Source: Heterodontus francisci
Taxonomy: Eukaryota
Direction of reading: 5' to 3'
NCBI RefSeq assembly: GCF_036365525.1
Contig: NC_090409.1
Coordinates: forward strand, 39,194,437-39,258,436
Length of the DNA: 64,000 bases
The notes beneath the pieces were generated by a model, which saw only the letters and a list, made by a program, of their open reading frames with translations, was not told the origin of the DNA and ran no database searches. The position numbers were made by a program, and so were the translations under genes. Positions 35,916-48,015 of the stretch are shown in pieces (position 1 is the first letter of the stretch; each line of letters starts with the position of its first letter).

Positions 35916-38900
35916 GTATAAATGTGAGTATGAAGACAGAGGTTATACTGCAGCTGTACCAAACCCTGGTTAGAGCCCACTTGGAGTACTGTGAGCAGTT
36001 CTGGGCACCACACCTTAGGAAGGATATATTGGCCATGGAGGGAGTGCAACGGAGGTTTACAAGAATTTGTTTCAGATTTCCAGCATCCGCAGTATTTTGC
36101 TTTTATTTACAAGAATGATACCTGGACTACAGGGTTTAAGTTATGAGGAGAGATTACACAAATTAGGCCTGTTCTTGCTGGAATTTAGAAGGTTAAGGGG
36201 TGATCTGATTGAAGTCTTCCTGTTATTAACAGGGAAAGACAGGCTAGATAAACTGTTTCCACTGGTTGCAGATTCTGAAACGAGGGGGCATTGTCTATAA
36301 ATTAGGGCCAGACCGTTCAGGAGAGATGTTGGGAAGCACTTCTTCACGTAAAGGGTGGTAGAGGTTTGGAACTCGCTCCCACAAACAGCAGTTGAAACTA
36401 GAACAGCTGTTAGTTTTAAATCAGAGATAGATTTTTTTGTTAAGTAAAGATATTAAGGGATATGGAGTTAGGCAGTGGATCAGCCATGATCTCATTGAAT
36501 GGTGGGACAGGCTCGAGGGGCTGAATGGCCTCCTGCTGTTCCTATCTTCCTATTGGTAATGTTTTAATAGTGGTAGTATTTAACTGTAACAGCTGTGGTA
36601 GTTCAGGAAGGCCTGCCTCCTCACCCTGACCCTCAAGCCATACGTCACCAACTGTCTCTCCCTAACGGGCTATGGTCAGAGCAGCTGATTTTGTAGGGTA
36701 TATTCATAATGGAAAGATATATTAATGTTGGTAAAGTTTAGTATTAGCAGCATTTAGGTTATTATTACTATTGGCAGGATTTTAGTATTAGTGGCAGCAA
36801 GGTTTAATTGTCGTACCGAGAGAGAGCGACTGACCAACCCAACCAGCCAATGAGTCTGCAATACAGAGGAAACAAAGATTAGAAAATTAGAGTTTGGCAG
36901 TGCTCCAGGTATCTACTTTAATGCAGGGAGTATAGCAAATTAAGCATACTAGCTGAGAGCACAGACATATGGCAGTATGATATCATAGCTATTACAGAAA
37001 CATGGTTTAAGGAGGGACAGGATTAGCAGCTCAATGTTCCTGGTTTACGTGGTTTTCAGACGCGATAGCGAGAGGGATAGAAAGGAGGGGGAGTGGTAAT
37101 TTTGGTCAAAGAAACTATTACATCAGTGAGGAGAGGTGATATGTTAGATGGCTCATCAAATGAGGCCACATGGATTGAGCTAAGGAACAGAAAAGGGACA
37201 ATCACTGCTAGGAATGTACTATAGAGCCCCAAACAGACAGAGGGAGGTAGAAGAGCAGATATATAGGCAAAGGGGAGATTCAAGTGGTTCAGAATAAACC
37301 TATTCCCACAAAGAAAAAGGGTGGGACGACCAAATCTAGAGCCCCATGAAAGTCAAGGTGCTTGCAGAGTAAGATAATGCAGAGAAGGAAAGCTTATGTC
37401 CGACACTGAGAGCTCAATACTACAGAAAGCCGAGAGGAGTATAGAAAATGGAGGGTGAAATCAAAAAGGACAGCAAAGAGCGGGCAAGAAGACCGAATAA
37501 TTACAGACCAGTCAATTTAACCTCAGTGTGCAAATTAGTGGATTCAATTCTGAGAAACAGGATAAACTGTCACTTAGAAGGGCACGGGTTAATCAAGGAT
37601 AGTCAACATGGATTTGTTAAAGGAAGATCGTGTCTGACTAACTTGCTTGAATTTTTTGAAGAAATAACGAGGATTGATGAGGGTAGTGCAGTTGATGTGG
37701 TCTACATGGATTTTAGCAAGGCAAGGTCCCACATGGCAGACTGGTTTTAAAAAAAAATAAAATAAAATCCCATGGAATCCAGGGAAATGTAGCAAGCTGG
37801 ATATAAATTGGCTCAGTGGCAGGAAATGAAGGATAATTGTTGACTGGTGTTTTTGTGACGGGAAGGCTGTCTCCAGTGGCGTTCCACAGGGCTCCGGACT
37901 AGATCCTCTATCTTGTGGGAGATGTTAAAGATTTGGATGTAAATGTAAGGGGCATGATCAAGATGTTTGCAGACGATACGGAAATTGGCTGTGTGATAGA
38001 TAGAGAGGAGGATAGCTGTAGGCTGCAGGAAGATATTGATGGACTGGGCAGGTGAGTAGAAAAGTGGCAAATGGAATTCAACTTGGAGAAGTGTGAGGTG
38101 ATGCATTTGGGGAGGTCAAACAAGGCAAAGGAATACACGATTAATGGAAGAATATGGAGGGGTGCAGAGGAAGTGAGGGACCTTGGAGTGAATATCCACA
38201 GATCCCTGAAGGTAGCAGGACAGGTCGATAAGGTGGTTAAGAAAGCCTCGGGAATCCTTTCCTTTATTAGAGAAGGTTTAGAATACAAGAACAGGGAGGT
38301 TATGCTGGAACTGTATAACTCATTGGTTGGGCCACAATTGGAGTACTGTGTGCAGTTCTGGTCACCTCATTACAGAAAGGATGTCATTGCACTAGAGAGG
38401 GTACAGAGATTAGAGGATGTTGCTGGGCCTGGAAAAATGCAGCTATGAGGAAAGATTGGATAGGCTGGGGTTGTTCTCCATGGAACAGAGAAGGCTAAGG
38501 GGAGATCTGCTTGAAATGTACAAAATTTTGAGGGGCCTGGATAGAGTGGAGGTGAAGGGTCTATTCACCTTAGCAGAGAGGTCAGTGACGAGGGGTCAGA
38601 CATTTAAAGTGATTGGTAGAAGAATAGAAACATAGAAAATAGGAGGAGTAGGCCATTCGGCCCTTCAAGCCTGCTCTGCCATTCATTATGATCATTAAAG
38701 GGGAGATGAAAAATCTTTTCACCCAGAGGGTGGTGGGGGTCTGGAACTCACTGTCTGAAAGGGTAGTTGAGGCAGAGACCCTCAATTCATTCAAAGGTGT
38801 CTGGATATGTACCTCAAGTGTCAGTCTGCAGGACTACGGACCAAATCACTGAAGGTGGGATTAAGCTGGGTGGCTTGTTTTAGGGCTGGTGCAGACATGA

Positions 38901-38950
38901 TGGGCCGAGTGGCCTCTTCCTGTGCTGTAAACATTCTGATTCTATGATTA
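35915..38950 (+). mobile_element. CR1 LINE fragments
   Basis: NYRPVNLTS, SQHGFVKGRSCLTNLLEFFE, MEFNLEKCEVMHLG, LEYCVQFWSPHY. Confidence 0.9.
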
Positions 38951-39329
38951 GCCTAAAGTCCCCCTGTTGGATGTGGTGGGGTGGGGCTACACTGATTGAC
39001 ATGAGAACCCACCAATAGGAACTGAGCTAAAACCAGACTACAGTAAAATACTGAAATCAAAAAACAGACAAATACTTTGACCAGTTCTGATAAAATGTCA
39101 GTGACTAGAAAGCAGGATATAGTTTATAATTCCAGTTTCTGTCCAGGCTGAGGCCAGGCTTGTTTTTAAATCTTTCAGTGTCAAATCCAAAATTTAATTA
39201 AGAATTGCAGAGAGCAGAACAAGTACAAAATATTCATATAAGCAAGGACAAAAATGGTGCAGTCAGTGTGAGGAGGCCTCGCATGTTCCCTTCCAGGTCA
39301 CTCACCATCCTGACTTGGAAATATCCCCC

Positions 39330-39870
39330 CGCCCCCCAGACTCAACATTCTGGGGGTTACCAATGACCAGAAACTGAATTGGACCAACCACACAAATACC
39401 GTGGCGACAAGAGCAGGCTTGGAATTCTGTGGCGAGTAACTCACCTCCTGACTCCCCCAAAGCCTGTCTACCATCTACAAGGCATAAGTCAGGAGTGTGA
39501 TGGAATACTCTCCACTTGCCTGGATGGGTGCAGCTCCAACAACACTCAAGAAGCTCGACACCATCCAAAACAAAGCAGCCCGTTTGATTGGCACTCCATC
39601 CACAAACATTCACTCCCTCCACCACCGACGCACAGTGGCAGCAGTGTGTACCATCTGCAAGATGCACTGCAGCAATGCACCAAGGCTCCTTAGACAGCAC
39701 CTTCCAAACTCACGATTTCTACCAATTAGAAGGACGAGGGCAGCAGATGCATGGGAACACCACCACCTGCAAGTTCCCCTCCAAGCCAAACACCATCTCA
39801 ACTTGGAACAATATCGCTGTTCCTTCACTGTCGCTGGGTCAAAATCCTGCAACTCCCTTCCGAACACTAC
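39330..39870 (+). mobile_element. LINE 3' fragment (same family as 55610-57550)
   Basis: MEYSPLAWMGAAPTTLKKLDTIQNKAARLI. Confidence 0.85.
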
Positions 39871-40033
39871 GGGTGTGCGTATATCACATGGACGCAGGGG
39901 TCAGGAATGTTCCCCCTCTGTCTGGACCCCATCCCCGTGGTCCGTGTTGCAATGTGTAGCACTTGCTGTTGGCTGACATTGGTTGAGCAGCAGCTTCCAT
40001 GTCTGCAGGAAGGGATGATCCAGGATCGGGGCA

Positions 40034-40345
40034 ATGGGTGGAAAAGCACTGCAGGTACTGTCACTGTCTCACAACCGGGGGGTCAGTAATGGGGAGCGAG
40101 ACCATGGGCTGTGTCAGGGCTGCTCCCGGTCCCAATGTGTCTCAGAGCCGGGAAAGAGGGGTGGGGGTCAGTAATGGGGAGCGGGACCATGGGCTGTGTC
40201 CTGGCTCACGTTGTGAATTTATACAGACTGCAGTTAGCTGTCTCCTACAAAGAACACTTGTCTGGGTGTCTGGGACTGAAATCAGTAATGTGTATATTAC
40301 TGGGGAATAGTCTTCATTATATCAGGAATTCATCTCCTGCGCTTC
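40034..40345 (+). pseudogene. Orphan leader cassette 4: exon 1 MGGKALQ (40034-40054), about 1.5 VNTR units, exon 2 deleted
   Basis: VNTR joins directly to intron-2 sequence (ttgtgaatttatacagactgc). Confidence 0.7.
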
Positions 40346-41404
40346 ACTTTGGGAGCATTGTCTATAATCTACACTTAAAGAATTCACAAATGTGGACTGG
40401 TGAAAGGTATATCAATGTTTCATTCACACATTAAATCATCAAATACAAACTCTCACTACTTGCACAGTATACTACCCGTCAAGACACGATGTGATCAGTT
40501 TTAGACTTGTGGCTGCCCTTCTCTTCAGAGTCCTTGACTCAGGTATCTTCCAGTGTACTTCCTCAGGTTTCTTGTGCCGTCCCAAGTTTCAGTCAGGGAT
40601 TAAATCTGGTTTCCAAGACCCTCCCCTCTTGCTTAAGGATAGAGGTCTGGTATAATAATGATAATTCCTTATTTGGTTCAGTGAGAACCTGGTCAGCACT
40701 TCTTGTTTCTTTGCACTCTCCCATTGTCTACTGTGGGTTTAATCATATCTCATATCCATCGTAACTCCTTTATCTGGATTGTGCAAGGACAGTCTGGTAG
40801 CATCTCTCATTTCAGCCTGTTTTTCTGTCCTGTCTACAATTCCTTGGTCATCTGTGCTGTTCCCCTTTCTGCCCAGCGCGTGCACCCCCCCCCCCACCCC
40901 CACGTTTCAACAAACTGTATTGTTGTGTGACTAGCCCTTTGTTTCAACTGAGTTCTTGTGTTTTTACTGGGTCTACAGTCCCCCCCCCCCCCCCCCTCCA
41001 TTGATCCTGCAGGGCTATGCCCAAGGGATCACACTGTTATGTCTCTTAGGTAGTCTACTTGTGTAATTACAATTTCATTTTCAAAGCAAGAGCATAAACA
41101 GTGTAATGTTAAACAAAACACAATTTAAGTATCACTATTACATCATCACTTGTGTCAACACAAGTCGCAATTTTATTTTTAGAATACATTTATCATTCAT
41201 TAATTCATTTTAAGCATTTAACAATAGGTTATACAATTACCCAGTTCTGAAGAAGGGTCACTGACCTGAAACATTAACTCTGCTTCTCTCTCCACAGATG
41301 CTGCCAGACCTGCTGAGTATTTCCAGCATTTTTGTTTCAGATTTCCAGCATCTGCAGTATTTTGCTTTTATTTTTATTTATACAGTTACTCTCATATTAC
41401 ATAA

Positions 41405-43348
41405 TTAATTGTCTATCTTTTTATACAGCAAGTTTGAATACTGATTGCCTTTAAGGTAGCTGTCCAATCTGCGTTCATACATCCTCTCACATTGCTTCAT
41501 CAATTTCAGTTTCCAAATTCGGTCTGTTACAGATAACACCATGATACCCAGGACATGAGAGAGAATTCTAAACCAGGGGTGTATCTGCACATTTGACCCC
41601 CAGTTCCACAAGTCCTCCCACCAAGCTGCTTCGACTGTTCCAGATTGTAGTTATCATTTCTGTCCTTTATGTATGTCTACCAACTCCATCTCTCCTACTC
41701 TGCTTGGTATTTGTGGATTGAAACTGAACTTAACTGTGGCTCACCAGACAAGTCCGGTTATGTCTGTACTGGTACTCCTTCGCCATGGCTGTTAAGCAAT
41801 ATCTCCCTTTCCCATATAGGCCACATGGGTCAGCCCCGACAGTGCTTTCCTCGTCTCCATGGTGCAATTTACAGCAACATTAAATCCACATTTTGACTCT
41901 GCTGTTCTATATATAGGATGAGGACATGTGACCACCTGGCTTCCCAGACTACACTCAGACAAGGTTGTCCCAGTTATCTCCTTCCAATTTCCACAACATA
42001 ATGTAATATAACATAGTATCTTATAGGGGTAGTAAGGGGAAAAGATTACATATTTTCGACATCGTACAATTGCATCCCTAACTTATCTCTTGGAATTACA
42101 GGTATTCCCGACGCTACTCCAGTACTCCGATCTTGTATTTACACACTCCTGACCTTTCCATACCTTAAGTTTTCAGATTTGGCACCTGGTAATTTTAATC
42201 ATTTGTGTAACTAGCTGAGTCCTCCAACTGGGTGTCATTTCTCCAAACTGACAAATGTCCCACACCAATTTGATTCAAATTTTCCTGAGTTTGTTCTAGC
42301 ATCTACGAACCGTACGAAATACAAACACTTTCATTATTTGAAATGTCGTGGACCTCCTTTCCCTTTTCTATTATATCATTAATAGTGTGAGCATGACCTT
42401 CCAGTACTCTCACCAGTCCTGTCACTGCATTCGTCAAATCCTGTCCTCCTTTAGCTACACCACTCTGTCCCTTTTGCAAAATATCCTTTACTAGCTGGCT
42501 GAGAGTTCTAACCTTTTGGTCCATGCTTTCCAAATCTCTAGTACTGACAACTGAAGTTCCTGTATTAAAGACTGTAGCCACGTCACTCACTAAACTACAT
42601 TTACATCTCTTTCCCTTTATTATTCCCTCGTCACCGAACTCTTGTCCCAGCAATTGTTGCAGTAATACCTTGTACAACTCTCAGGTCTTCTCAGGGCACC
42701 AGTCATGGATCGGAGATATTCAATATTACTGGTAACAATTGTATATCACATACAATTTTCTTCGTTTTTATTATCGCAAGTCCATTTTCGGGTCCTGCAG
42801 TTAAGGCAGGACAAGGGAGATCAGTCACTTGTGGCTGCTGGGTTGTAACCTGACTTGTTGGTAAATCAGATGTGGGGGGTAACTGTGGGGGTTGGTGCCT
42901 CTCGCCCGAATAACCCCACGATCTGCAATAGGGGATGTCCTTCTCTATTTTTTCCGAAACATTCAAGCTCGTATCTCCTACCGTTGGGTAATTTCACACA
43001 CATTGATCGGTTTCTGCAGTTTTCATCATTGCACTGCCATACAGGGAACTCTGCTCGGGACCTTGGAGTGACCCTAATGATGGTGGTCTCTTTTGGGCAT
43101 TCAATACATACCCATTGTCCACTAGTGACGTTTACATTGAAAGTCATCAACTCGTCACGAACCAGTTCATCTTTCTGTAGCTGCAGGTAGTTGCCATGTA
43201 TTTCTACTGGTCGGGCGATGTCATCCGGATCTCCTCCCCCGAACCAGTTTCCGTTACAGCACTTGGTGTTATACGGTCTGTCATCCTCCACCGCATTGAC
43301 TGCCACAATCGCAGCAACTGTCACAAGTGATAGATGCCAAAGTTTCAT
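41405..43348 (-). pseudogene. Disrupted env/fusion glycoprotein of the ERV
   Basis: Signal peptide MKLWHLSLVTVAAIVAVNA; decayed basic cleavage site then SLVSDVATVFNTGTSVV and heptads; Cys cluster; WWEDLWNWG followed by a TM-like segment; stops and frameshifts. Confidence 0.75.
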
Positions 43349-43712
43349 CCTGTTATCTGCAAGATCAAGATATCAGCTGCTCATATTTACAGTTCTGATT
43401 AATGAATGATGAATACAGTTTGGTTATGAATTCCAAGTCCCAAAATCTGTCAAACTCCCTGTCCCGATGCCAAGGACAACACAGGTTCAACTAGTTCACA
43501 ACCAAAACACTCAAGGTTCCCACAAATGTAACATACATGTAAAAAAAAAATAGATCCAGTAACAGACTCATGCTTTCATAGAGGCCAGACAACAAAGAGT
43601 TAACAACTGTCAGTTCTACAGAACACATGCTGCACATCCCAAGGACATTCATTTAATTCATGGAAGCTTTCAACATTCACACATTCGAATCAAAAGACAA
43701 AGTAACCTCTTT

Positions 43713-44629
43713 TTACTCACTTGAAATTTCACTAAAACAGTCTTTTTGTAACTCTGTCATAAACCTAGTCATTAGCCGTCTGACCCCCACCTGTTCTGGT
43801 ACCATAACTAATGCCAGGGTGGGGGCTGAAGGCTCGATTGGGGGGTTCGGGCAGAGGTCATCCCAAGGACTAACTATCGTCATGGTACTAGCTGGCCTTA
43901 TCTGCCAAGTCGGCCCGATTAAAGTCATCCTTCTCCCTATTCAAAGGTGCATATTATACCCCTTTGTGCTGAGAGCTGAGACTGTAGTTTGCTTCTCTCC
44001 TGCTAACATTTTGTATGAACCGCTGACTGGTACGCCCGCTCCTGCTGGGAGCGGTATAGAACCGTCACTGCGGTCTGTAAGTCAGAGCATTTCTGTTCAG
44101 CTCTTGTGAGCTGTTCCTTCACTCTCTCCTCTTCCTCCCTCTCAGCCTGACTGAGACTGTGTTCAGCCTTTCCGGCCTGAGACTGGAATTTGCTCATGTG
44201 AACCATCTGTGCTGCACTAACTGTTTCTGCCTTCAGGACCCTATCACACCACTCAGCAGTGGATTTCACTAACTTCAGCACCCGTTTGGCTCGGTGGGTA
44301 CGCATATCCTCCCAAAGCTGTACCTCAACGGACCCCTGGCCCATGTGCTGTTTAACTGCAAAATCTATCCACGAGACAGACCCCTGGCCCGTGTGCTGTT
44401 TAACTGCAAAATCTATCCACGAGACAGACCCCTGGCCCGTGTGCTGTTTAACTGCAAAATCTATCCACGAGACAGACCCCTGGCCCGTGTGCTGTTTAAC
44501 TGCAAAATCTATCCACGAGACAGACCCCTGGCCCGTGTGCAGCTTAACTGCAAAATCTATCCACGAGGGCCACTTGATGTTCAAATATCTTCGGACGTCC
44601 AACTCCCACTCTGGCCTGGCCAGGGCCAT
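43713..44629 (-). pseudogene. Truncated gag of the ERV, with a 48-bp in-frame tandem expansion (about 44330-44570) and a PSAP motif
   Basis: ATG about 100 nt after the PBS; SWIDFAVKQHTGQGSV x5; coiled-coil-like segment; PIEPSAPT. Confidence 0.65.
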
Positions 44630-45559
44630 AATTACTCAACTGTTCACCAATCCATTCAACTCAACTTAGTTTTTAAATTAATTTGAACGCGGCAAGACTA
44701 TTCAAAATAACTTGAAATAGCACTACAACCGAGCCCACCCAGGGGCGCCAATTATGTTGTGCCTAATCTGCACTTACTCTGAAAGAATTCAAGAAAGCGG
44801 ACTGGTGGAAGGTCCATCAATGTTTTATTCACACATTAAATCATCAAGTACAAGCTCTCACTACTTGCACAGTATACTACCCGTCAGGACACAAGGTGAT
44901 CAGTCTTAGACTTGTGGCTGCTCTTCTGTTTGGAGTCCTTGACTCGGGGTATCTTCCAGTGTTCTTCCCTGGGGTTCTCATGTCATCCCAAGTTTCAGTC
45001 AGGGGTTAAATCTGGTTTCCAAGACCCTCCCCTCTTACCTAAGCATAGGGGTCTGGTATAATAACCATGATAATTCCTTATTTGATTCAGTGAGAACCTG
45101 GTCAGCACTTGCTTCTTTACACTCTCCCATTGTCTACTGTGGGTCTAATCATATCTCATATCCATAGTAACTCCTTTATATGGATTGTGCAAGGACACTG
45201 GTAGCATCTCCTTTCAGCCTGTTTTTCTGGACGGTCTACAATTCCTTGGCCATCTGTGTGCTGCTCCCCTTTCTACCGAGTGCCCCCCCTGTGTTTCAAC
45301 ACACTGTATTGTTGTGTGACTAGCCCTTTGTTTCAGCTAAGTTCTGTGTTTCTACTTGTTCTGCAGGAGAACAATGACAGACTGGGGTGGACATTGTGAC
45401 CAATATGTTTACAATGGGAAACACACGATTCAAAGCGCTGTCCAGCTGCTCTGTTGGAGACAAACATCCATTTCTGACATTTGTTTCTCAGCTGCTGTTC
45501 ACAGCTACTCCTGCAAATGCCAGTGTTCCCCATCACACTGGATATCCTTACAGCAAACA

Positions 45560-46250
45560 GTGCACCATTTAACAATGTGGTCCCCTCTGCACTGAGGAGA
45601 CCAAATGCAGACTGGGTGACCGCTTTGCAGAACACCTCTGCTCAGTCCGAAAGCATGACCGAGTTTCCGGTTGCCATTTCAACATCCCCCCCCCCCCCCA
45701 CCCCTGCTCTCATGCCCACATCTCTGTCCTGGGACTGCTGCAGTGTTCCAGTGAACATCAACACAATCTCGAGTAACACCATCTCATTTACCAATTAGGC
45801 ACACTACAGCCTGCCCAACTGAACACGGAGTTCAATAATTTCAGAGCATGAGTGGGGGGGGGGGGGGGGGGGGTCCCTTTTTATTTTCAGCTTTGTTTTA
45901 TTTCATTTTGTTTCTTTTTTTCGTGTACCATGTACCTACCCACTGCTTTTTTTCCCCCATGTTTGTTCTTGGGGCTGTCCAGTTTTCTGTCCATTAACAC
46001 CCTCTCTGCACTGACACTTTGTCTTTCACCACACTATTAACTCACCCTTTACCTTTGCTCCATGACCTTCTGGTCAGTTACTCTCTGTGACCTTGTCCTA
46101 TCAACACTTTCTCTTACCCCACCCCCTGCTTTACTTTGCTTATAACCTTTTACATTTCTAATATTTGTCAGTTCTGATGAAGGGTCACTGACCTGAAACA
46201 TTAACTCTGCCAGACCTGCTGAGTATTTCCACCATTTCTTTTTTTATTTC
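45560..46250 (+). mobile_element. Degenerate Penelope 3' fragment with hammerhead motif (about 46170-46206)
   Basis: Homologous to 28760-29440; ctgatga agggtcactgacct gaaa. Confidence 0.8.
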
Positions 46251-46259
46251 ACCGTTTAA

Positions 46260-47000
46260 CTGTCTCAATTCCCACTCCAGTAAATGCTCAGTGTGTAAAT
46301 CCCGGATCACACTGGATCCTGAGCGGCCGCATCTCCTCTGGATAACATCCAGGCTGAAATATCACCTCAAACAGACATTTGTGAATCAGACTGCGCGCTA
46401 AAATGGCCGCCCCTCCTCCCCCCCCGGCTTTCTTCCTCCTCCACCATTGGGCGAAGTGCCGGCCAATCAGCAGCTGTCCTCAGACCCCCCGTGGCAGGGA
46501 AGGTCACATGGGACCAGGGACCAATGGAAAATCCGGCCTTGCAGTGTCGTCACAGATACACGAAGCACTGACTGGCGGAGCTGCACCTCGGGCTGCCTTT
46601 CTGATTGGCTGGGAAGCCTGAGTGACAGGCCGGGCGCCGCGTATTTCCAGCCTTGCTTGTTTTTTTTCACTGTGAAGGGACTCCTGACAACGCAGCGGCC
46701 TGCTGACGTCCACATGCGCAAACGGTCTCCTGCACTGAGGTGATGCGCATGTGCAGCTTGCCTTGCCGGTGCATGGGCAGACAATCTTTCTCCCTCTATC
46801 TCTCTGTCCGGAGGTGCGGTCCTTCTGATGAAACTTTAAAGAGCGCAATGTCAAACATGTCCGTAATGTGCTGAAGTTGTTCTTCTGTGATAAATTGAGC
46901 AGCGCCATCTTTAATCCTGGCAATGCCTGAACGTCAATCAATGACGTTTGGTGGATGAGTCTGTATTTGCGCATGTGCTAGTACAGCGCCACCTAGTGTG
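46260..47000 (-). promoter_or_regulatory. CpG promoter paralog (CCAAT, aaaatggc, NRF1-like tgcgcatgtgc) plus a CTCF-like motif at about 46984-46998
   Basis: Inverted homology to 26450-26640; cagcgccacctagtg. Confidence 0.55.
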
Positions 47001-47417
47001 ATGGGCAGCGACACCCACATTCAGTCATGTGAATTCCTGACACAATGAAGACTATTCCCCAGTAATATACACATTACTGATTTCAGTCCCAGACACCCAG
47101 ACAAATGTTCTTCCCAGGAGACAGCTAACTGCAGTCTGTATAAATTTACAAGGTTAGCCTGTCTGAACTTTGCAGGGAGGAAAGCAGGAATACAGAAATT
47201 TCACATGATGTAGGATGGAGCTTTGCATCTATCAGAGAGGGAGCAGCAATTTCATCTGAATGAAGGAAGTTCCTGTTCAGTAGCTCCCTGGCTGCATCTT
47301 AAAGAGCAGTGAACTACCATTGGATTTGGGACTGAGGATTACAGACTCACCCAGGCTTCAACACTGAACCAACTAATCCGAGCTCTGCTGAAATGTGAGA
47401 GCAGTCACAGCGTTTAC

Positions 47418-47646
47418 CTGAAACAGCAGCAACAGCATTTAGCAGCAGCAGCAGGAGGAGGAGTTTCTGGAAGTTGGGTCCCTGCAACAAGAAAACACAG
47501 TTACCCCCCTTTACCACCGTTTCTTGCTGCTCATGTCCATTACTGAGCCGGGACAGGACACAGTCCATGGTCCCTCTCCCCATTACTGACCCTCCCGCCC
47601 CCCGGGTGTGAGACACTGACAATACCTGCAGCGCATTTCCAACCAT
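47418..47646 (-). CDS. Orphan leader cassette 5: exon 1 MVGNALQ (47626-47646) and exon 2 GPNFQKLLLLLLLLNAVAAVS (47418-47481)
   Basis: Intact splice sites and frame; only half a VNTR unit in intron 1; no adjacent V exon. Confidence 0.55.
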
Positions 47647-47714
47647 TTTCTGACAGAAGCTTCATCATTATCACAAACCCTCCTCCCTTCTCAGTGTAGG
47701 AATGGTCCAGTCAT

Positions 47715-48015
47715 TAAAAATGGGGCTCTGATGAGGAAGTAGAGACCTCCTCACAGACTTGTGCAAGCAGAATGGACGGATGTTCAGCTGTTAGTAATAC
47801 CACCTCAGTATCGCCAGAAACTGCTAAGGTTAGCACATGAAATTCCTATAGTGAGACATGTGGGGATCTGGAAGATCAAATCACGTATAAATCAACATTA
47901 TTACTGGCCAGATTGTGGGAAAACTGCATCCTGCCATAAAACCAGCACCTCTAATTCCCATCCCAATTATTGGAAAAACATTTAGCAGGGTGTTGGTAGA
48001 CTGTGTAGGACCTTT
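47715..48015 (+). mobile_element. Gypsy integrase N-terminal fragment (family of 6470-6800)
   Basis: LLRLAHEIP..HVGIWK and PIPIIGKTFSRVLVDCVGPL. Confidence 0.8.

Larger units (their letters stand above)
40356..45365 (-). mobile_element. Pol-less endogenous retrovirus: LTR-PBS(Asn)-gag remnant-env-PPT-LTR
   Basis: LTRs at 44755-45365 and 40356-40977; PBS at 44730-44750; G-run PPT at about 40980-41000; TSD GGAG on both sides. Confidence 0.88.

Noticed and set aside
44730-44750. tRNA-Asn gene
   Set aside because: Only the 3' 21 nt including CCA, adjacent to an LTR: a primer-binding site.
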